Source of the DNA: Euprymna scolopes
Taxonomy: Eukaryota
DNA: 64,000 nucleotides
Strand: one strand, 5' to 3'
Assembly: GCA_053919585.1 (NCBI GenBank)
Contig: CM132807.1
A model generated the notes under the pieces. That model saw nothing but the letters and a program-made list of their open reading frames with translations. It was not told the DNA's origin and made no database searches. Below are positions 11,690-25,192 of this stretch, piece by piece (the stretch's first letter is position 1; every line of letters begins with the position of its first letter). The translations under genes and the position numbers were made by a program.

Positions 11690-13560
11690 AGTGATCTGCC
11701 ACTTAGTTGAGGACGTAAAAACTGTGCCTATGAATTCTCTCACAAACTTGCTAAATTATAAGCCTAAAATGTCTCAAAATAAACCCTAAGCTAAACTCAA
11801 GACTTGACTTTGGGAAACAGGTCAAGATTTACGTTTGTTTATGGAACCCAAAAATCCTCTGGCTCCACGCATATCCAAATACCACTTATGCGATAAAAAC
11901 GCGCAGCAGATACCCACCAACAAAGTCAGGCGAAGAAATTCTAAACATTCTCGTCTTTCATACAAGCCCTCAAATAGAAAGGGAATATTCGAACAAGGTC
12001 GAAACCATTTTCCTGTGAATCCTCCATATCACACATGCAATCATTGCTAGCAAAGTCATACATAATTGTCTTCCTAGCCCATTAGTTGCCGGGACCCAGT
12101 TGCCAGAAATACTGATAGATTTCAGGTTGAAAGATGGCATGTTCAGGATGCGAATCATGAGACTTGCACCAAACTCATTCAGAGGTACAACGATACGACA
12201 ATAGCAGAACGTGTGCCTTAAAGTCTTGTCCAGCAACAAGGTGTCGAAGAAGCGTTCTTTCGCCCTTAAAAAGAGATCTAAAGTGCGATGACACTCGTAA
12301 AAGAATAACCAGTGACCTCGGGTTAACCTGGGTGTCTCCCCTCATCTGAGTGCACACTTCTCAAAGCCGGGAAGACTTTCTTTTTGCCTTTTTTCCACAA
12401 GTTACAGCCACTCTCAACTTATGTTAACAATCCGATCTAGGAAATACAGTTGAAGCGAATGTTGATGAATATCTACATGTTGCATACCCAAACTACCCTC
12501 AGAATGATGGAGATAACAGAACGTAGAATGGACCATATGCGCCTTTACAAGCCATGAGAACTGAAACGGAGCTCACTGTAAATGGAGCAGGAGACAGGAA
12601 TGGAAGAATTGAAGCCTGGTATATAAAGATTGGATATCTGTGCAAAAGACTTGCGTCCATTCTCCCCTTTAACGAAAGATATCTGCGCATACAGCGACTA
12701 TCGGCAGCTCGCACCGCTTTCAAGTCTTCTGATTAATTTTACACCAACTGAAGATTGAGAAGGAACTAGATGCCGAGTGTCTTACAATAGCTCGTCACTC
12801 CAGCTAAAGGGCCCCTGAAGGGCGATACACCTCCATGCACCAATGCACAAGACACAGGACGTGTCGCATTTAATTGTGATCCCTGCCACTTCCTCATATA
12901 ATCTTATTTCTGTATCGATAACACTACTCTCGACATTGTTCGCTACAAACACTGTTACATCGTCGGCATATGGGGATTACATTTCCGTGGCAGAAGCTCC
13001 CGGCACCGTGTAAGACCGGATTCATGCTTAAGCTACGCAGGTAAGGTTCCCACACAAGCACATGCAGCATCGGTGATAATGGACAACCCTGGCGAATAAA
13101 TTGGGATAAACTTAACGGCTTCGATGACCTTTCATTCACTTCAGCACCGCGGGTTTAGCATAAAGGAGGTGAATCCACGGGCAGAACTGCTGGCCAAAAC
13201 CGGTTGCCTCCAAGTAACGATTGTTCACCCTATCAAAGGCGTTAGACTGTTCTAAATTGATCAGCGCCGCTTCGGTGTCGACTTTTTCTATGATCAAGAT
13301 TATCGAATGCAGATTATCTTGAATTGTTCTACCGTTTTTGGCACCAGTTTGCTCGGGCTAATCACGTTACCCAAGACAAGCTGCAAACGATTGGCTAGAA
13401 TCTTTGCGAAAATCTTTCACTTTGCGTTAAGTATCTCATTTGGGGGGTACTCAATGGTGATGTGTCCCATTTCATCACACGCCCAACAAAACGGCCGCCT
13501 GCCCGCAACGATGAGGGGGAGTTTCTCGTCACCCACGTTAAAGTAGAAAGGGTTTTAGTT
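11690..13560 (-). mobile_element. Tx1/L1-clade non-LTR retrotransposon RT remnant
   Basis: Minus-strand motifs in the expected order: KIFAKILANRLQLVL (~13415-13370), LINLEQSNAFDRV (~13265-13225), IRQGCPLSPML (ORF 12924-13139), YADDV (~12972-12958). Disrupted. Confidence 0.85.
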
Positions 13561-14376
13561 AAACACTCTTTGTCAAGTTAAATGCCGAACGTATTCTTCG
13601 TATTCTTTGAGATCACCACTATTTCTCCAAACTCTAGGAGGAATACGCCCACGTGTTCAATTTCCATGTGAAAAGGAGCATTTAAGAAATATTGTTGTTT
13701 TTCGTTTCCCATGTATTCAGTACGTAATACGTACTCTGACGTAATTAGGCTAGTTTGGGAGTTTTTTACGCACCTACCTTCAGTAGAAAAAGTATATTCT
13801 TTGCAATATATAATACGCTGGGGTCTATGCCCCACTGTCGGCAAAAGCTCGTTGACATTGTCAGAACTTACTTAAATAACTTATTTATCTTCCTTAATAT
13901 GTATCAGTAAAATGTTTTTTGTTAAGTAAAATAAAAACAAAGCAGAAACAGAAAATAGGAAATACGTTTAATATTATCAAATGTTACAGAAAATATTGTG
14001 CACAAAATAAAAGTAAAATAAATTTATGCGTTAAAAGATGAACATGTAAAAGAGTATATGTACAAAAAGGAAATATTTTCAAAAAGTTATTTTTTAAATT
14101 GTATTTATTTATGTAGTTTTTAGTAAAACTTTAAACAATCATTGTGCATTTACTATGCAAATAAAGTTCATACAAAATAAATGGATGCAGTATTTCGTCT
14201 TGATCAGGACAGGTTTACTTTCTTTTTATCTGGGCTTGTGAAAAGGTAATTTAATGTCAAATTCGGACAAGTTTTAATTTTGGTTTAGTCGCCGATCTTC
14301 TAAATATATTGGCTATATGTTATTTTGATGCTATGTAATTTACAATAATATATTCGCTTTTACTTAATTTTTTTGT

Positions 14377-14660
14377 GGCTGGTTGGTTGGTTTTGTTTTA
14401 CGGCATATCAACCCTTTTCAAGTTATTTAATGCAGAATCCAGTGATTTTGAAGAAGTTTTTAATAGAATATATTTGTTTGTTTGTTTTTTTTTTCAAGTC
14501 AGTTTCTATTTAACCCATAGTTGGGACCCTAACAGGTACTATGACTCCAATATAGAGTGGACCTGGGAACAATGGCAATTAAGGGGTGGTTCTACACTCC
14601 CCAAAGCTCGCAAGCTAGAGCCTCACCATCGGATATAGTTTAAGGTCATATCTAAGACCA
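14377..14660 (-). mobile_element. SINE-like element, same family as 11295-11677
   Basis: Reverse-complement match of both the core and the tail with (AACC)n end. Confidence 0.75.
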
Positions 14661-14699
14661 TTCATTTCTTAAGGAGTGATATTTAATATCTATATGCTT

Positions 14700-16300
14700 A
14701 GATCTTTGGTTAATTACTGTGTTCAGTTCTACGATTATGCTGGTTTTCTTATCACGATTAAATACTAAAGATATTCAGTTATTTCTGGTTTAAAAAAAGT
14801 CTCTAGAAAAGCATTTGGATATAGTGCCTTTTGCGCAGAATCATTTCCGCTTCACAAAGAAAGATACAATCTGCTGCTTTTCAGATTTTCAGGAAATAAT
14901 AGGTTCATCTTTTTATAGTTGAAAAAATTATCTACTTGTAACTTTTCGATCATCATTGTCGCCCCAATCTGAATCTGAAACCCTTTCTAATTTTAGAGGA
15001 TTTGATGATTTTTTAAATACTAAATCCTATTTCTTATTTCTTTTTAGATAACAAATCCTTTACTGTCTTGACCATTTTGTGATAGTTGTGTTACTGTATT
15101 ACATATGGCATGTCTTCCAGTAGTCTTTAAGTATATAAAACTTCATATTATCTATCGATATCGTCCATTATTTCAGATTCTGTATCTGCATTTTATTGAT
15201 ACCTTTTTTGGCCGGCGAAGTGTGTTCCTTGTATTCTTGCAATTCAAATTACATTGATTTTATCAATATGCCTTGGTAGATTCATTTTAATAATTCATTT
15301 TCATGTGTGAATTGTATGTCTAGAAACCATAATATATGGCCAAGATAGGTCATTTTTAATTTTTTCTTTGATCTTAGTATAACATCGTTTTACATAATGT
15401 TATAATTTGATGCGATTAAAATACCATCGATCCATAATACTAAATCAGTAATTTATTGTCTTTATTATGGGTATACAGACATCAGTATACTGAGTATTGG
15501 TTAAAGTTTTGTTTAATCATATAATCATTAAATACTTGATTCCAAATTCGTCCGTTCTGTCCTGAACTGTACAAACATTTTTAAGCCTCCATGATATAAA
15601 TTTCACAGGGCATTTAAATAAGCATTTTGTTTTCATTTGATGGCTGTTAAGGTTACATTGCAATAAAATTCATATTATGGTTAGATTTGTAATTGGTGAA
15701 AACGTCAAAAATATTCTACGCCGAAAATCTGAAAAAATCCATTGGCAACAAACCATGCCTGTTCACGGCCTAACGCCGTACTTTTTTTTGTAAAGATCTA
15801 TCGAGGAAAAAAAGCATGCTTATTTTAGAGGGGATACGCTATCGAATAGTGATTATTTTCTGTTAATGGGTCTATTTTATTTTTATTGCTATTTTCCATT
15901 GCTGACAGTGTTCTAAATTAATTGCTTCGTTAAAGCAATTTTCATTCTTTGAATAATATGAGAATTTTCAGGTCTGAACCAATCAGAATGGGCGGAATAT
16001 GACAAATGGAGTCGTTATTATTTATGAATCAGAAATCAGAAACATTTTATGTTTATGCGTCTTTGGGGTAATTACGATCGGTGTAATCACAATATCTTCA
16101 GAAAGTGTAGATTTCCCTTCCGGTGTTTACTGATGGGGGTGAAAAGACTAAATACTTACGGGGAAAAATAGGAACGCCTTCCTCTGTAGATGCTGCCCTT
16201 CTAGTTATGTGGTTCCTAGGATGCAATGCAACATTTTATTATAACGGCCTAATGTATCTAAAATTGTGTTCAAAAGGTACATAAAATAGTGCTAATAGCC
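14700..16300 (-). mobile_element. Highly degraded Gypsy-like pol (RT/RNase H) remnant
   Basis: Faint motifs in the correct order on the minus strand: FSSIDL (~15810), WRLKN (PFGLKN-like, ~15585), LWIDGILIAS (YIDDILIAS-like, ~15440-15410), VSDSDWG (DASD-like, ~14975). Boundaries uncertain. Confidence 0.45.
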
Positions 16301-18334
16301 TAGACGTATTGAATTTATATGCTGTTTAAAACCTACGATACTTTTGCCCAGAGGGAAATTTCTGCAGTCATTTTGTTATTTAAGAGATAAAACAAATATT
16401 GCAACTAAAGTGTGCATTAGATTCCCCTTTATGAGTATTTAATGGCAAAGTATAATATTGAAGACGATTCATGTCATATTCTTGATTGAACACAGGTAGT
16501 TACTTTTAACGTTATTGAGGATAAGTTGCGTCTCCATTTATAGTCAAGTATGATTTACTAGTAATTAAGCATATTATATCGACTGTGATTTTAACTCGAC
16601 TTTATAGTCATATGTGTATCAATTATGCCATTTACATTTATGTAGTAACTTCAATTAAGGATATTTGAAAGATCGTCTTGATCACAATAATAACTTATAT
16701 CAATCGTAGGAATAGAAAAATATATATTTGTCATTTTGTTTTTATATTTTCTACTTAACATTTAGTATGTTTTGATAACGAAATTGAAAATTGCATTTTA
16801 TAAGGTTTAAGAAAAAATATGTTCAAATTCAACTCATAAAATAACGATTTGTTTGTATGTATATTATGTGTGAGATATCCTACTGTCCAGATATACACCT
16901 GAGAAAACTGTATACTAAGATGAAACACTACAATCCAGTGGATGTGTGTAATCTTGTATTGGGGTTTTACAGTAGGATTATGGTCACACAAAACTATAAA
17001 TAATAAATAAAGTGTACATTTTAATGTATTACTTTTTTAATCATGAATTGAAAATTGTAAATTATAGACTTTTAAAAGGGGATAAATATATTCATGCATT
17101 CCCGAAAAACTCTAAGGTTCCGTTACATTAATCATACGTGTTATCTTTTGTTGCGATTTAATAAATTTCATTAAGAAAATTAAATGCAGTAAAATTGACT
17201 AAACTGAAAAATGTGTATACCAGTTTTTCAGATCAAAAATATAAAGTCTACAATTTCCAGGCATTAAACTGAATACAAAGATCAACAAGAAGTTGCGGAA
17301 AGAATATAAGAAAATGTGTTCATACGATGCAAGATGTAATGTTTTAGTTTTCTTTAAAAAAGTAGCGCAGCAATTAAACTTTTGGTTTGAAAGTCACTAT
17401 TATAAATAAAACACACATCACATATGCAGTCATTTTCTTGTGGTGTCACTAAATAACTGATATATTTTAATTTATTTACGTTAACCAAGTAAGAGTGAGA
17501 GTGAATTCAATGTTAATAAAGTTTGCAAATTATCTTTTTTTAATCTTTTTTACAGATGAATGGCCGCTTATCAGAGTCTAGAGGTAACTCGAAGATGAGG
17601 GTTAATGATTGAACACAGTGACAAACAATTACGAAAATGGCTCAACAAGAATTCGTTTACGTTTGATTTGAAAACTACCACGTTATTATCCACTAGGATG
17701 CAATCTCCCGGTATTGTGTTCTATAGCTATGCAGCTAAAAAACGAAAAAAAAAAGATTTTCCTATAAATTTTTTTGTTTAATTTTAGATACCTTGCCCGG
17801 CCGTAACATATGTAGAAATATTATATTTTAATTTATAAAGATTTCTTATTCATTATCCTGCCAATTCTCATAGGATTAGTAACCAATATATAATAATGGT
17901 TTCAAGGTTATAAACATATGACTTGAGTTCCATCCGCTGAAATCGAAAGCAGAATGTTTAATGCTCTAGCCTTAGTCGTAATTTGCCTTTCCTACGTCGT
18001 TATCGTTTGAGCTACTGATAGATAGATACGAAATATTAACAATTAAACGACTTCGCGCTATGTTTAATTGTGAGTATGCACTAAAGTAAAAGCATAGGCA
18101 ATGTTTTATTCAAATTCAACTGTTTTGTTTACAATTTGGGCCACTTAGTAGCAATTCGTCGGGCTAAAAAACAAATAGAAAATGTAGTACAGGTCTTAAT
18201 ACCTTATATATCAATTTTTAAATCTCAATACAAAATATTCAGAGAGGAGATTGATAGAGAAATTTCGCATATACATCGACAAAGTCACTTTATATATATG
18301 CATATATATACACACACACATATATATAACTATT

Positions 18335-18685
18335 TATTATGCTTTTTAACTAAATAACTAATATTCAATCAATCAAAAACAGATACATTTTTAAACTTTA
18401 TTACATTGCAAAAACTAATCAATATAATAAACACATGGGCAGTAGAACTAGTTTGATATTCTGGCTATCCACAAGCTGTATCAATGAACGGTTTAGCAAC
18501 TTGGATCAAGAATCTAACAAAACACATCCTATTACATTTTCAATTGTGATGTTGGCTAATAAGAAGAGGACATGTAAGTATTGAATATTGCATAAACAAT
18601 ACAATAGAAGACTGTAAAAAACTTTTAACAGGAAATACAAACAAGCTGATTAACATCGCCAGAAAAAATGGTCCTATTGTTTATG

Positions 18686-18689
<4 letters not shown>
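18335..18689 (+). repeat. ~350-bp local duplicate of 20912-21270 (R4/Dong-like fragment plus upstream flank)
   Basis: Near-identical by eye (about 95%) to 20912-21270; followed by (TA)n at 18687-18740. Confidence 0.9.
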
Positions 18690-18745
<56 letters not shown>

Positions 18746-20959
18746 GAGCTAGAACTTTATCATCTTAAATTCAACGCAATTATGCAGAATGGAGAAACTA
18801 TGCATAAATTGGCAAACCGGTTTTGTAGCCTGTGAACTGCTTTCGCTTCATCAAACCCCTTGTTCCGGGAGATTCAACTCCCAGACCAAGTTAGTTGCCA
18901 TAATATCCACGTGACTACATTAGCGATGTGTCAACTAGTAAATATCAGGCTGATGTATGTGGGTATTTGTTACACTTTGTCAGACACCCACAATATTATG
19001 ATTTGAGTTCATATATTATAGGAGTGAAAGATCGGTTTCACAAATGCATATTATAAATATAGCATGACTGCTTCTTAAAAGTGTGTTTCATACATCACAA
19101 ATAGTGATGAAATAGATTAACACAAGGACAGCCGTACATTTTAGAGCGACTTTACGAGGACAATTTTAGTTTTAGCAATAGAAAAAATGTTAAGCAGAGA
19201 TAACACATATATTCAAATGATAACAGGTTCAGCACGTTCAGTGATAATGAACTATAACAGGATTTAAGATAAAATAAAATATACAAATATAAGTGACAAT
19301 TTCTGGGTAGAACATGGTGTTATGTAATGGATGGCTGGAACCATCATACATAACTGAAAAGAAAAAACTTGATAAAAGATTTAAAAGAGTGGGCATCGAA
19401 TAATCGATTGTCTACCAGTTGAAAAGAGAAAGGGCTTACGTCATAAACAGAGAAATCGGACGACGATTTTTTTGTTTACAAAACAAAGAAACGTGACATT
19501 CCTCGTAAGCTCTGGAAGTACAGATATTGGCATGAGTGGGTAATTCACGTGTCGCTCGGTTGAAGATAAAATCGAATGATCATCTGAGGTCAAAACGTGA
19601 CTAAAGAACGCATGTTCTATTATCAATCAACTGATTGACAGAACGCGTGGATAGAAAAAACAAAGCGACAAAATGCCAATAAAAACGGTGAATCTAGCAG
19701 AGAGAGCTAGCAGAGCAGAGAGAGGAGAAACAAGGGACAGCATGTGTTGCTGAAGACCGGATCGTTGAAGCGTCATTTTCCCTCCTCAGAGCACTGTGAG
19801 AAAACTGTTACTATCGCTGTGAACTTCAGAACCACCAAAAGAAAAAAGACGAACTGTTTTAAATTGTATAATATTGTAAAATATAATTTTATACAAAAAC
19901 AAACGCAATTGTGACTTACGTCTTTTAATGCATATTTTTAAGTTACGGCTGATCGTTCTAAGTGTCAACCGCTTTGTTTTCAGGTTCAACGTTGTTATGA
20001 CATTTTTGACAATTGACGAGAGGCAAGATAAGGAAAAAGTGCCAGTCTAAGGTGAGATAACTCACTAGTCTTAACTCGTTGTCATGACAACCGCTTAATA
20101 AACAAGTGAACCCATGGACGACCGACGTAAGTAAAACTGCTATGTACCACAGCCAGGGAGTCCTACGCACTATTACGATTTCCCAACCTGGGGGGGCACT
20201 CCACAATACAACAATGGGATAATGTGATGTTTATATCAGGAATGTGAATCTCAAAGAAAAAGTCCGAGTACAATACTCATTAACGGTAAATTATTCAGTC
20301 AGTTTTGTCTGATGGAATTTTCCCTTCATTCGTAATTTTACTCAACTGTGACGAAATATAAACTGACTACATTTTTAGTCGTAGCTGATCGATTGATACG
20401 TAGAGTAGCTTCTGTGTTCTTATCTTTTCTGTTAAATACAATTGTAAATCTAATATGTATTTTGCAGAATCTGATATTTTGCAACATATATCTGATATAT
20501 AAGGTTTGTAAATCAGTTGGACACACATTGGTCTTGCCTGCTGATAAACAGCTGCTACGCATACATCTATTTCGCTAAACACCCTCTGTGTAAATAATAG
20601 TACGATATAGTTAATATATAAATACAATTTTTCATTTTATAATAAAGACCAGTATGTACTTATTTGCATGTAAATGTATGAATATATGTATGTATTCCAT
20701 CCCGTCATGTAAATGCTAGCGAGTAATATACGTGTCTTTTTCTATTCGCGGACGAAAGAATTGTAAATTTTCTATGGAAGAAATAAAGAAAATAGAATTC
20801 ATCAGATTTTACCGCCGGGATTTATTGAACTAATGTATTTAAATAGGCAACAAATGCACATTTTCGCCAGTTTTGATAGAGAGTGTATTCAAAATATTAT
20901 TAGCATAGCACTATTGTGCTTTTTAACTAAATAACTAATATTCAATCAATCAAAAACAG

Positions 20960-21470
20960 AGACATTTTTAAACTTCATTACATTGCAAAAACTAATCAAT
21001 ATAATAAACACATGGGCAGTAGAACTAGTATGATATTCTGGCTATCCACAATCTGGATCAATGAACGGTTTAGCAACTTGGATCAAGAATCTAACAAAAC
21101 ACATCCTATTACATTTTCACTTGTGATGTTGGCTAATAAGAAGAGGACATGTAAGTATTGAATATTGCATAAACAATGCAATAGAAGACTGTAAAAAAAC
21201 TTTTAACAGGAAATACAAACAAGCTGATTAACATCGCCAGAAAAAAAATGGCCGCTATTGTTAATGCTATGGCAAAAAAGCAATCCTGATCCAGAAAACA
21301 AAGAATTCTATGAAAAAGACACTTTTGAATGAAAAACGCAGTCTATACTGTCAACCGCACGAAGAAACTATACCAATGCCAGAATAGCAAATACCCATGA
21401 AAATATCGATTCTCATGCCGTGGTAACGTTATGGCATAATAAACCACACTTTAAGCGAATGGAATATCTT
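20960..21470 (+). mobile_element. Degraded R4/Dong-like non-LTR retrotransposon fragment (post-RT region)
   Basis: IINTWAVELV*YSG (~21001-21042) corresponds to the INTWAV.L.RYS block preceding RYSAG in the 33-kb element; KTQSILSTARRNYTNARI (~21335-21390) resembles the ETES.L.AAQ block. Confidence 0.6.
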
Positions 21471-21889
21471 TGGTCCAGCAATGTTATCAAATCTGTTATG
21501 TTACATTATGCTTAGTAATTTTACTCAGGAGAAAAATGTTTCATCGTTTGCAACATTTTCCTATAAGTATGAAATCAGAGATAATTTATTGTTTATGTTA
21601 ACAAAATTATCTTGGTTCATTCACATTCATCGTCAACTCCCCAGATGTAGATGAAGAAAATAAGCAATATTCACCCATTTCTATATCATGGTTATCTCTT
21701 ATTTTTCGACAAAAATCTTAATATATTAACTAAGTACTTTTATTCAAATTATAATCCGACGAGTTTTATATAAACCTTTATAAATAAACCTAAATAAATA
21801 AACAACTTTATAAAACAACTTACTAACAAAACTTATATAAAACAATAAGTATTACTTTGTGAGTGGCGTGTGCTATTGTTACATTAACA

Positions 21890-21910
21890 TATATTATTAT
21901 TATTATTATA

Positions 21911-21958
<48 letters not shown>
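21890..21958. repeat. (TTA)n microsatellite
   Basis: Directly visible. Confidence 0.95.
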
Positions 21959-24052
21959 GCTTTAAAGCAAGGCAATTAATATAGAGGGAGTTTTCACTAC
22001 ATTCTTTAGAGAAATTGTCTTCAGAACAAATGAAAGAAGGGCTACTCAATCTGAAGCGAAAGAAAACACTGATAAAAAGACAATGAACATGTATTTTAAT
22101 TATTAAAAGCATGACGATGAGACTCTTACTCATTGCACGAAAAAACAACCAATTCAAAGTTATTAACGAAGAGTCATTTTATGTTAATAATTGTAACGAA
22201 GTAATTAATATTTTCTGCACAATATCAGTTATAATGTCAACGACGAAGAAAACGTTACTCTGGAACTGACAGTCAGACTAAATATGAGATAGTAGAATAT
22301 TATTTAACCAATGAAAATGCTAAGTCGCTTGGAGCTATATATACATTAATGAAATATTAAGTTATGGAAAATCAGTTTCTTTAACTTGCCATAGGTTAAA
22401 TACATAGGAGAATAATAAATTTACGTTTCATAACTTTTAAACTCAGTAATGTTAATCATAATGAAAACACATTTATCAGACTCCAAAAGCTATCATATTT
22501 AATTTATATTTAAGGAATTATGATTTTAATTAAGTATGTCATTTACTTCTACCTGACTAAAATTATAATGTAGATATCAATTTATTAAAGGAGGAGTTTT
22601 TGGACGAAGAATTTATTATGATAAAATTCTAAAGAACATATAAAAACTATGCCTAGCGAAAGAATATGATCCAGAATAGTTAAATATATAATATTATACA
22701 TATGAAAGTCCTATTTATATAAACGTATCCAATATAATGTTATTTTTACAGGATTCTTCAGGAAATATTTTATTAGTCAAATAAATGACTAAACTACCTA
22801 AAATAGTAGTAAAGTAACTAATCAATAAAATTTATTATAACTACCCTAGTTTACAGCAAATACTTAACAACTATAACGAAGTTTCAAAACGTTTTACTAA
22901 GACTGTATCGAGCAGAAAATATATAGGAGAAGGAATTTTCAAGTGTCAATAATAATAATCAAAGTTTCAGATGAAGGTAATAGACGGGAAAGTCCGTTTA
23001 ATATTGAATCATCGGAAATAAAACCAATGATTAACTTATTTCCTTTGATAATCAACAAAGTAATAAATTAAACAGGAAATTCAATTAATAAATGGACATT
23101 ATGCACATTTGTATTGACATTTAGATATAATTAAAATGTACCATCTAATAATTATTTAGCACTTAAAGTTCTGGATCAAACAGTTATATTTTTGAATTAG
23201 AAAGGATTAATTAAAAAAGTATTAGGAAATATTTGATAAACTTGGAGATGGAAAAATAAAAAAAAGAAATGTTTATTTGATCTAATTAAAATAATAATAC
23301 TTTGATTCCACATATGCCTGTAATAAGAACAGCGGATCAAATAACAACTAAAATAAGACCAGTGTTTAACTGTTCATAAGTAATAATAAAGGAGTTGCTG
23401 TGAATTAATGAAGCAACATAACCGGGCATAGATTTGGTGGATCTCATATGAAAGTTATTGTTTTTTCTAAGAACTAATAAATACGTAACATTTAAATAGA
23501 GTGGCATTTAGCCAGTGAATATGATAAAAATAGGTTTTGTTCTTTTGTGAAAAGGGGAAACTAGTTTGTTTGTTATAGGTATAAAACTATAGTGTCCGGG
23601 TGTACAACCTCGCAAAGTACACTTAATTATATGGTAAAACATCATGTTGAGTTTTACCCAAAGACAAATGCCGTGAAATATTTGCTAATAACTTCGATGT
23701 TGACAATTTAATTGTAACTAGCAAGGATATAAGAGAAATGAGAGATTTGTTTAAAAAAATACTATGGCAGAATGCGGAAAGGTGGGTTCATTGAATTCTA
23801 CTTCAGATGAAATAAGAAACTTAATGAAGGCCGAAGATGGATTAGTAAAACATGACTGTCCAGATGAAAAAGTGTTAGTATATAAATACTATATTAAGTG
23901 AACTAGTTTAAGATTAGCAACTTTTTTATTGGATGAAACAAATACAAAGCGTCAAGTGTACTATCATTGTACTATACTTTGCTTGCCACAATAAGAAATA
24001 ATTGATGAGAAGAGTATGGAAACTAAATATAAATTGGGAACTAAAAGTACGA

Positions 24053-24648
24053 AAAGAAATAAGTGATGAAATAAATAAGTAAGTGATGAAAGCAATAAGT
24101 AAAGAAAAAAGTCATGAAATAAATAAAGAATAAGTGATGAAATAAGTGAAGAAATAAGTGATGAAATAAATAAGTAAGGAATAAGTGATGAAATAAATAC
24201 GTAAAAAATAAGTGATGAAATAAATAAGTAAAGAAATAAGTGATGAAATAAAATAAGAAAATAAATAAGTGATTAAATAAATAAGTAAGGAAATAAGTGA
24301 TGAAATGAATAAGTAAGGAAATAAGTGATGAAATAAGTGAAGAAATAAGTGATGAAATAAATAAGTGAGGAATAAGTGATGAAATAAATACGTAAAAAAA
24401 TAAGTGATGAAATAAATAAGTAAAGAAATAAGTGATGAAATAAATAAGTAAGGAAATAAGTGATGAAATAAATACGTAAAAAATAAGTAGTGAAATAAGT
24501 AAAGAAATAAATGATGAAATAAAATAAGAAAAGAAATAAGTGATGAAATAAATAAGAAAAAAATAAGTGATAAAATAAATAAGTAAAGAAATAAATGATG
24601 AAATAAATAAAGAAATAAATGATGAAATAAATAAATAAATAAATAAAG
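24053..24648. repeat. Irregular minisatellite, core GAAATAAGTGATGAAATAAATAAGTAA (~21-30 bp units), inside the BEL pol
   Basis: About 20+ variant copies; almost C-free on the plus strand, which produces the low-complexity minus-strand ORFs. Confidence 0.95.
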
Positions 24649-25106
24649 ATTCTGAAATGTTGACTGAGTTGTCGTTTCCAAGAATTGCAAGTAATGACAA
24701 ATAATCCCACAGTTTGCATATATTTGTGGACACGTCTACAAAAACGTATGGCTTATGCAATGTATTCATGCTCATATGAAAAAATGTTAGTTCATTTATT
24801 TTGCAAAATATAAATTGGCTCCTTTAAAGAAAGGTAATCAACACTGTGTACGGATTGTGGAATAATTGGAAGTAATGTTGACATTAGAATGTCTTTCAAC
24901 ATAAATTGAAACCTGTAAAATGTACAATTTATTAATGTTTTCATAGATGCTCAGATGATTTTAATTGGTTACTCACAAAGGGAAGTAGAGTAAAATCTAA
25001 AATATCTTAAATGTTGATTAAAGTTTTTGAGGATGAAAATAAAATATCAATACTCCTTAAATATGTGCATTGTAATCACAATCACGGCAACATTTTTACT
25101 CAAGGA

Positions 25107-25107
<1 letters not shown>

Positions 25108-25191
<84 letters not shown>
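25108..25191. repeat. (AAT)n microsatellite
   Basis: Directly visible. Confidence 0.95.

Positions 25192-25192
<1 letters not shown>

Noticed and set aside
18850-18890. GGGAG-ATTCAA-CTCCC hairpin resembling a tRNA T-arm
   Set aside because: No A box or rest of a cloverleaf found.
19500-20230. Possible LTR of the BEL element
   Set aside because: No second copy after the PPT-like tract at ~26250 and no clear TG...CA ends or PBS.
24041-24775. Three overlapping hydrophobic minus-strand ORFs resembling membrane proteins
   Set aside because: Artefacts of the T-rich minisatellite strand; the real coding signal is plus-strand BEL pol.
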